Below are positions 28,001 to 32,000 of a DNA stretch of 32,000 nt, in pieces. The notes under the pieces were generated by a model. It did no database searches, had not been told where the DNA came from, and worked only from the letters and a program-made list of their open reading frames with translations. The DNA lies in assembly GCF_000284115.1 (NCBI RefSeq), contig NC_017080.1:2130001-2162000 (forward strand), in the 5' to 3' direction. This DNA is from Phycisphaera mikurensis NBRC 102666 (GTDB lineage Bacteria; Planctomycetota; Phycisphaerae; Phycisphaerales; Phycisphaeraceae). Numbering within the stretch: position 1 is the stretch's first letter; each line of letters begins with the position of its first letter. The position numbers were made by a program, and so were the translations under genes.

Positions 28001-28563
28001 GGCTTGATCCGCTCCTCCGCGGGGTCGCCGAGGCCCTGCAGGTTGAAGGCCGGGTCGTCCGCCGTCAGCAGCATCCAAGCCACCGGCGACCCCGCGCCGG
28101 CTTCGCCGCGGGTGATCGTCGGCTCGTCGGCGTCGTCGGGGTAGTCGCTGACCTCGCGGAGCGCGTCGCTCACCTCCCCGTACGCCGCGTCGAGGTCGGT
28201 GCCGACGGTGAACTCCAGCTCGATCTCCGCCTGGCCCTGCGAAGCCGTCGCCTGCATCTTGAAGAGGTTGCGGACGTTCTTGAGCACGTCCTCCTGCGGC
28301 TCGATGATCTCCCGCTCGACCTCCTCGGGGGCGGTGCCGGTCCACTCCGTGCTGACCGTGATCATCGTCGGGTCGACGTCGGGCGTGAGCTGCACGGGGA
28401 TCGCGCGGAACGCCAGCACGCCGAAGAGCAGCAGCAAGATGACGCCGACCGCGACCTTGATCGGGTTGCCCACCGCGAAGCCGATCGGCCCCGCGCCGGT
28501 TCCGGCGTGGGGGGTCGCGGTGTGCGACACGCCGACGCCGGGAGGAGCTTGGCCGGTGCTCAC
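25009..28563 (-). CDS. RND efflux transporter permease (AcrB/HAE-type)
   Basis: The protein is 1184 aa. The N-terminus NPIKVAVGVILLLLFGVLAFRAIPVQLTPDVDP and the duplicated 6-TM plus large periplasmic loop layout fit the family. The segment AFATGMVVDNGIVVLENI matches the conserved TM4 region. The GTG start overlaps the upstream stop codon as GTGA. Confidence 0.93.
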   Translation of the reverse strand: MSTGQAPPGVGVSHTATPHAGTGAGPIGFAVGNPIKVAVGVILLLLFGVLAFRAIPVQLTPDVDPTMITVSTEWTGTAPEEVEREIIEPQEDVLKNVRNLFKMQATASQGQAEIELEFTVGTDLDAAYGEVSDALREVSDYPDDADEPTITRGEAGAGSPVAWMLLTADDPAFNLQGLGDPAEERIKPFFERVDGVSEVRVYGGREREVHVDFDPARLAQRGVTVEDLGRALSGENTNVSAGDLQEGRYDVRVRTVGRYDELEQVERTVVAYDEAGGPIRVRDFAEVSLGYAKRRGFVRSRGQIALAFPVYKEPGANVIAVLEEVRSRLGEMNDEVLPAIAQGVARQNDLERVPVLRLEQVYDETIYINDALALVQNNLVVGGVLAVVALLVFLEWGRRRKLVLWSVPTLVALMILTRVVPGGWPLMAVAVLLLAVLVVVLARARPTLIIALSIPICVIGTFVVMVALGRNINVISLAGLAFATGMVVDNGIVVLENIDRHLQLSGPDGRPKSPIRASLDGASEVWGAVLASTLTTLAVFLPVLTVAGEAGQLFRDIAIALSAAVALSLVVGITVIPAASARLLRRRTDLEQAPAGEPNGGVFGRLAAGFSERIVGLMQPTRTGVAARVAILSVVTAGSLLGAWLLMPPTDYLPRGNKNLVFGIVLTPPGYNVDTAERIGRAAESVVEPFWEATTAQEAAELTPPVNRLFGAPATGAPPVDNYFFVSFGSAVFNGATSQDKNSVAPLQGLLSAATTGPWGLGFAEQSSLFGRGAAGSRQIDVEVSATQLDEVTAAASSLLGAARELYGFTAVRPDPGNFDRQSRELRVELDRVKAAELGVDVENLGRAVAAMVDGVIVGEYRLFGESIDLRARRLGVEPKPGDGPTEPVTVEALSALPIAYRTATGETGSIPLGAIAAVSRTLAPQTIRRIEERRAVVLSVVPPAEVPLGEATAAIQKAVAGLREAGAIAATVEVRLAGSAGKLAEVRDAMVGTLGGDDAGVLGAVAGLLSSRLLLALLVTYLLMAALFESFLYPLVVLFAVPLAAVGGFIGLGVVHHLDPTQQLDTLTMLGFIILIGVVVNNAILIVHQSLNFQRGAEGPPMDARSAIGQSVRTRLRPILMTTCTSVAGMLPLVLTPGSGSELYRGLGAVIVGGLVCATLFTLVIVPLLLSLVMREAAAEGDR

Positions 28564-29831
28564 GCGTCACCGCCGAGCGTTTCCGCAGCCGGTGCCCCGG
28601 CGGCATCGCCCGGGGTCGCGGCCGGCTCGCCGGGCGAGCCGGGCCCGTCGATCAGCAGCGGCCGCGTCGGGAACAGCGCCTCCTGGCCCATCACCACCAC
28701 GCGGGCTCCCGGGAAGAGCGGGCCATCGCCGAGCACCTCCACCGCGAAGCCCGTCCCGTCGCCAAAGAGAACCTCCACCGGCACCGGCAGCGCCATCGGC
28801 AGCGGATCCTCACCGGGGCCTTCCCCCTCCAGCGAGACCCACACCTCCGCGCCCCGCGGATTGAAGAGCACCGCGTCGCGCGGCACCACCAGCGTCGGCT
28901 CCGGTGCCCCGGCGGGGAAGCTCGCGGTCACCGACATGCCCGCCTTCAGCCGTCCGCCGCGGTCGTCCAGCCGCACCTTCACCGGGAAGGTGCGGGCCGG
29001 CCCCGTGCCGTCGGGCGTCACCGCGAACACCTCGCCGCTGACCTCCAGCGGCGCACCGCCCTCGCCCGCGGCCTCCACCGTCACCGCCGCCGTGGCGCCG
29101 GCCCGGATCCGCTGGATCAGCCGCTCCGGGACGTCCACCACCGCGTCGATCGTGCCGCGGGAGACCACCTCGACCAGCGCGTCCCCCGGATCGACCCAGC
29201 GGCCCACCTCCGCCATCTTGGAGACCACGACCCCGTCGAAGGGCGCGAGCACGTCCAGCCGGTCGACGTCGGTCTGCCGGCGGTCCTGCTCGGCCACCGC
29301 GCCCGCGAGGCGGGCCCGCGCCACCTCCAGGTCCGTCCGCGCGTCCTTCAACTCCCGGCTGCTGCCCGACCGCGCCGCGAAGATCTGCTCGAGCTGCTCC
29401 ACGTCGCTCTCTCGCCGGGCCACGGCCGACTCCGCCTCCCGCACGGCCGCCTGGGCCTCGCGGAGGAGCTGCGCCGGGATCGTCGGGTCCACGCGGGCCA
29501 GCACCGTCTCGTGCGCCGCGACCGCGGTGCCCGCCTCCACCGGGACCTCCACCAGGTTGCCCGCCACCTGCGCCGAGACCTCGGCCCGCTTGCTCGCCTC
29601 CAGCCGCCCCACCACGTCCACCCGCGGCTGCAGCGGCTTCATCGCCGCCTCCGCCACCTTCACGGTCGCCGGAGGCGGACCGCCCGCGCCCGGCGGCGGC
29701 CCGCCGGGAGCCTCGGCGCCCGCGGGCCACGCCGCGTACGCCCCAAGCCCCACCAGTCCGCCGCCGAGCAGCCCCCCCACCACCGCCGCGATCGCGAGCG
29801 CCGGCGTGTCGTTGTGTCCAGCTTCAGGCAT
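28560..29831 (-). CDS. RND periplasmic adaptor (membrane fusion protein, HlyD family)
   Basis: From the ATG at 29831 the sequence reads MPEAGHNDTPALAIAAVVGGLLGGGLVGLG (TM anchor), then ...VVGRLEASKRAEVSAQVAGNLVEVPVEAGTAV..., a coiled-coil region, ...VLAPFDGVV and a beta-barrel region. The 4-nt overlap with the permease start suggests translational coupling. Confidence 0.88.
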   Translation of the reverse strand: MPEAGHNDTPALAIAAVVGGLLGGGLVGLGAYAAWPAGAEAPGGPPPGAGGPPPATVKVAEAAMKPLQPRVDVVGRLEASKRAEVSAQVAGNLVEVPVEAGTAVAAHETVLARVDPTIPAQLLREAQAAVREAESAVARRESDVEQLEQIFAARSGSSRELKDARTDLEVARARLAGAVAEQDRRQTDVDRLDVLAPFDGVVVSKMAEVGRWVDPGDALVEVVSRGTIDAVVDVPERLIQRIRAGATAAVTVEAAGEGGAPLEVSGEVFAVTPDGTGPARTFPVKVRLDDRGGRLKAGMSVTASFPAGAPEPTLVVPRDAVLFNPRGAEVWVSLEGEGPGEDPLPMALPVPVEVLFGDGTGFAVEVLGDGPLFPGARVVVMGQEALFPTRPLLIDGPGSPGEPAATPGDAAGAPAAETLGGDA

Positions 29832-29847
29832 CGGGACACACCCTAGC

Positions 29848-29893
29848 CCGCGGACCGAGGATTCAAACGGCCGTTTGAGATCCCGGTCCGCGG
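29848..29893. repeat. 46-nt palindromic element, copy 4 (16 nt upstream of the adaptor gene start)
   Basis: The element reads CCGCGGACCG + 26 nt (AGGATTCAAACGGCCGTTTGAGATCC) + CGGTCCGCGG. The centre TCAAACGGCCGTTTGA (29863-29878) is a perfect 16-bp palindrome. Confidence 0.8.
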
Positions 29894-29990
29894 TCGCCGC
29901 CGGCACCGACCGCGGCGTTCTCTCCTGCGGTTGGCAAAGAGGCCGGAACGGTCCCCGGTCCGCGTGCCCCAAGCGCCGCGGTCTCGCCGG

Positions 29991-30020
29991 TTGACCCCGG
30001 CCGAGGCGCCGGAGTATTCT
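29991..30020 (+). promoter_or_regulatory. Candidate promoter TTGACC-N18-TATTCT, placing the transcription start at about the amidase ATG (leaderless mRNA)
   Basis: TTGACC is at 29991-29996 and TATTCT at 30015-30020. The ATG at 30028 lies 7 nt after the -10 hexamer. The palindrome TTCTAGAA at 30017-30024 overlaps the -10 hexamer. Confidence 0.3.
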
Positions 30021-30027
30021 AGAAGAC

Positions 30028-30735
30028 ATGCCCCACCCCCGCCTCCTTCCGCCCGGCCCCGCGGCGTCGCTGCTCGCGGTGCTCGCGTGCTGCTTCCTGC
30101 TCCCCGCGCCCGCCCACGCGGCCCTCTTCGGCGACAACCCCGTGGACCTCCCGATCAAGGAGTTCGTCGCCAGCCCCAACCACAACAACCGCCCGGCCGG
30201 GGTCACCGTCGACACGGTGGTGATCCACACGACGGAAGGATCCCTGGGCGGAACGCTGAGCTGGCTGCAGAACCCCGTGTCACAGGTCTCCGCACACTTC
30301 GTGATCGCGCAGAACGGCGACCTGTACCAGATGGTCAACTCGCGGAAGCGGGCGTGGCACGCGACCTACTACAACGCGCGGTCGATCGGCGTGGAGATGG
30401 TGGGGTACGCCGGCCGCGCCGACACCTGGAACGACGCGAACCTGGCGACGCTGGCGAGCGTGCTCGCCTGGTCGTCCGTGGAGTTCGGCATCGAGCTCGA
30501 GCGTCCGCTGGGCAACGCCTACGGCGACGCGAACAACACCTTCCGCGGGACCGGCCTCGTCGGCCACGCCCAGATCCAGCCGTGGAACAAGTCCGACCCC
30601 GGCGTCTTCTTCCCCTGGGACCGGGTCGAGGCCGACGCCCGGGCGGTGGTGGCCGCCGCCGTGCCCGAGCCGGGCACCGCCGCGGCGCTGCTGATCACGC
30701 TGGGCTGCCTTTGCCGCGGCCGTCGCGCGGCCTGA
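30028..30735 (+). CDS. N-acetylmuramoyl-L-alanine amidase (Amidase_2/AmpD-PGRP fold) with a signal peptide and a C-terminal PEP-CTERM sorting signal
   Basis: The signal peptide is ...LLAVLACCFLLPAPAHA. The Amidase_2 motifs are VVIHTTEG, AHFVIAQNGDLYQMV, AWHA, NARSIGVEMVG and GHAQIQPWNKSDPG, which keep the Zn ligands His, His and Asp. The C-terminus AVPEPGTAAALLITLGCLCRGRRAA has the form VPEP + TM + basic cluster. Confidence 0.88.
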   Translation: MPHPRLLPPGPAASLLAVLACCFLLPAPAHAALFGDNPVDLPIKEFVASPNHNNRPAGVTVDTVVIHTTEGSLGGTLSWLQNPVSQVSAHFVIAQNGDLYQMVNSRKRAWHATYYNARSIGVEMVGYAGRADTWNDANLATLASVLAWSSVEFGIELERPLGNAYGDANNTFRGTGLVGHAQIQPWNKSDPGVFFPWDRVEADARAVVAAAVPEPGTAAALLITLGCLCRGRRAA

Positions 30736-30775
30736 CGCGGGGCCACATCCTTTGGGGCCGGATGGTCGGCACCCT

Positions 30776-30884
30776 GGGTGCCACGCCGCTTGCGGGGTGG
30801 CCGCCGCCGGGGGGCGACGCCAGCGGATCCGCGGATCGGCCGCGTGTCCTGCGGACACCGCACCCCGCAAGCGGCGTGGCACCC
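30776..30884. repeat. Perfect 24-bp inverted repeat (GGGTGCCACGCCGCTTGCGGGGTG / CACCCCGCAAGCGGCGTGGCACCC) around a 61-nt spacer that contains nested palindromes
   Basis: Read directly from the sequence. The arms are at 30776-30799 and 30861-30884. The spacer holds GCGGATCCGC (30823-30832) and GTGTCC-TGC-GGACAC (30844-30858). The structure lies between the convergent amidase and ABC permease genes. Confidence 0.8.
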
Positions 30885-30987
30885 GGGCATCGGTTCGATT
30901 CGGTCGATGTGTCGGCGGTCGAGTCTGGAGGATCGTGCACCTCCACCAGAATCCGCTCGGTGCCGAGGTCGATCCTTCGGATGCGTT

Positions 30988-32000
30988 TTAGACCTTGAAG
31001 ATCGCGCCGAGCTTCTTGCCCATCAGGATGCTCGCGCCCACGAGCGTGACGGTCAGCAGGGCCATGCCCCACACCCCCATGGCCGAAGCGATGGCGGGGC
31101 CGTCGCCGAGGCGGTTGAAGAGCGTCCAGATCGCCTTGGTGATCGGGTAGTGCGGCTCCTTCTCGGCGAGGATCAGCGAGTCGCTGACCTCCAGCATCGC
31201 GAAGCTGAAGACGAGGATGCCGCCGGCGATCAGGTTCGCGAGGATCAGCGGGATCACCACCCGCCGGATCGCCTGCAGCGGCGTGGCGCCCAGGTTCAAG
31301 GCGGCCTCTTCCAGGTCGCCGCTGGTCTGCTCGAGCCCGGCGGCGGCGGACCGCAGGATGTAGGGCAGCCGGCGGATCGTGTAAGCGATCACGAGGAAGA
31401 CCAGCGGGTTGGGGTTCTGGCCGCGGACCGACAGCAGCGACGCCACGCCGTCCAGGCCCGCCGCCGCGGCGGCCTCCCGCAGCGCCGGGAAGGGCCAGGC
31501 CAGCGACATCGCGACGTAGCCGAAGGCCATCACCAGCCCGGGCACCGCGAGCGGGAGCATGCCGAGCGTGTCCAGGAGAGCCGCCCCCCGCAGCCGCCAC
31601 CGCACCACGACGTACGCGATGGCCAGGCCGATGGCGATGCAGAAGACCATCGCGGTCACGGCGTAGATCAGCGAGTTGGTGATGGAGGTCATCGCCAGCT
31701 CGTGGGTGAGCGCCCCCTCGAAGTGGTCCAGCGTGAATTCCTGCGGGAGGATCGTGCGGTACCAGCTGCCGTCGGCGGCCAGCGCGGAGAGCACCACGCC
31801 CAGGTGCGGCAGCAGCGCAGCGGCCGTGACGCCGACGAACAGCGCGAGCGCGGCCAGGCCGCGCCAGCCGGTGAGCGCCTTCTCCGCCACCGCGGCCGTC
31901 GCCTTGCCCTGCATCGCGTACGCCCGGCCGCCGAACGCGAAGCGGCCGGCCGCGTACATCGCCAGCGCGGCGAAGAGCATCACCACGACCAGCGCGTACG
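30988..32000 (-). CDS. ABC transporter permease (binding-protein-dependent, FbpB/ThiP-like); the 5' end lies beyond the window
   Basis: The EAA-loop region reads LEEAALNLGATPLQAIRRVVIPLILANLIAGGILVF, with multiple TM helices around it. The frame stays open and hydrophobic upstream of the track start (31986) to the window edge. Confidence 0.85.
   Translation of the reverse strand, partial: YALVVVMLFAALAMYAAGRFAFGGRAYAMQGKATAAVAEKALTGWRGLAALALFVGVTAAALLPHLGVVLSALAADGSWYRTILPQEFTLDHFEGALTHELAMTSITNSLIYAVTAMVFCIAIGLAIAYVVVRWRLRGAALLDTLGMLPLAVPGLVMAFGYVAMSLAWPFPALREAAAAAGLDGVASLLSVRGQNPNPLVFLVIAYTIRRLPYILRSAAAGLEQTSGDLEEAALNLGATPLQAIRRVVIPLILANLIAGGILVFSFAMLEVSDSLILAEKEPHYPITKAIWTLFNRLGDGPAIASAMGVWGMALLTVTLVGASILMGKKLGAIFKV

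Noticed and set aside
24731-29994. ORFs of 1291 aa (-) and 1743 aa (+) spanning the RND locus.
   Set aside because: They are shadow frames of the well-supported permease and adaptor genes. The composition is dominated by Arg, Gly, Pro and Ala, with no motifs.
30892-30905. GGTTCGATTCGG, a T-loop-like string downstream of the big inverted repeat.
   Set aside because: The flanking bases cannot form a 5-bp T stem, and no cloverleaf can be drawn. It is not a tRNA.

Overview
This is a very GC-rich bacterial chromosomal window (G+C looks above 70% by eye; I did not compute it). A PEP-CTERM sorting tag, C-rich leaders without Shine-Dalgarno motifs and an RND pump with no outer-membrane factor suggest a Planctomycetota/Phycisphaerae-like genome, but that is inference only. 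I can support 26 protein genes and one RNase P RNA. The many 100-1700 aa ORFs in the track that are rich in Arg, Pro, Ala and Gly are off-frame shadows of real genes. In order, the genes are: a GntR-type regulator (partial), dinB, a lipoprotein with EF-hand-like loops, rnpB, an orphan korB, clpP, a lipoprotein, a GT-C membrane glycosyltransferase divergent from a NodB-deacetylase/GT2 fusion, a small lipoprotein, a DUF883 / holin-X-like / DUF3618 stress-type triad, a GT4, argF, an HGSNAT-like membrane acyltransferase, a Ppm1/ArnC-like GT2, an ABC-F ATPase, a D-2-hydroxyacid dehydrogenase, dut, mdh, an ApaH/PrpA-like phosphoesterase, an RND permease with its adaptor, a PEP-CTERM-tagged Amidase_2, and an ABC permease (partial). 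I saw no CRISPR array, tRNA, rRNA, transposase, integrase or recognisable defence genes. Five observations deserve a second look. (1) A 46-nt palindromic element with invariant 10-nt termini occurs four times, always with a 26-nt interior. (2) The GT-C gene and the deacetylase-GT2 fusion form a compact Arn/Lgm-like pair, and the NodB motif 2 appears to lack both histidines. (3) A peptidoglycan amidase carries an exosortase (PEP-CTERM) tag. (4) A multi-arm octamer-repeat structure lies between korB and clpP. (5) A perfect 24-bp inverted repeat with nested palindromes lies between two convergent genes. All repeat scanning was done by eye, so copy counts are minimums.
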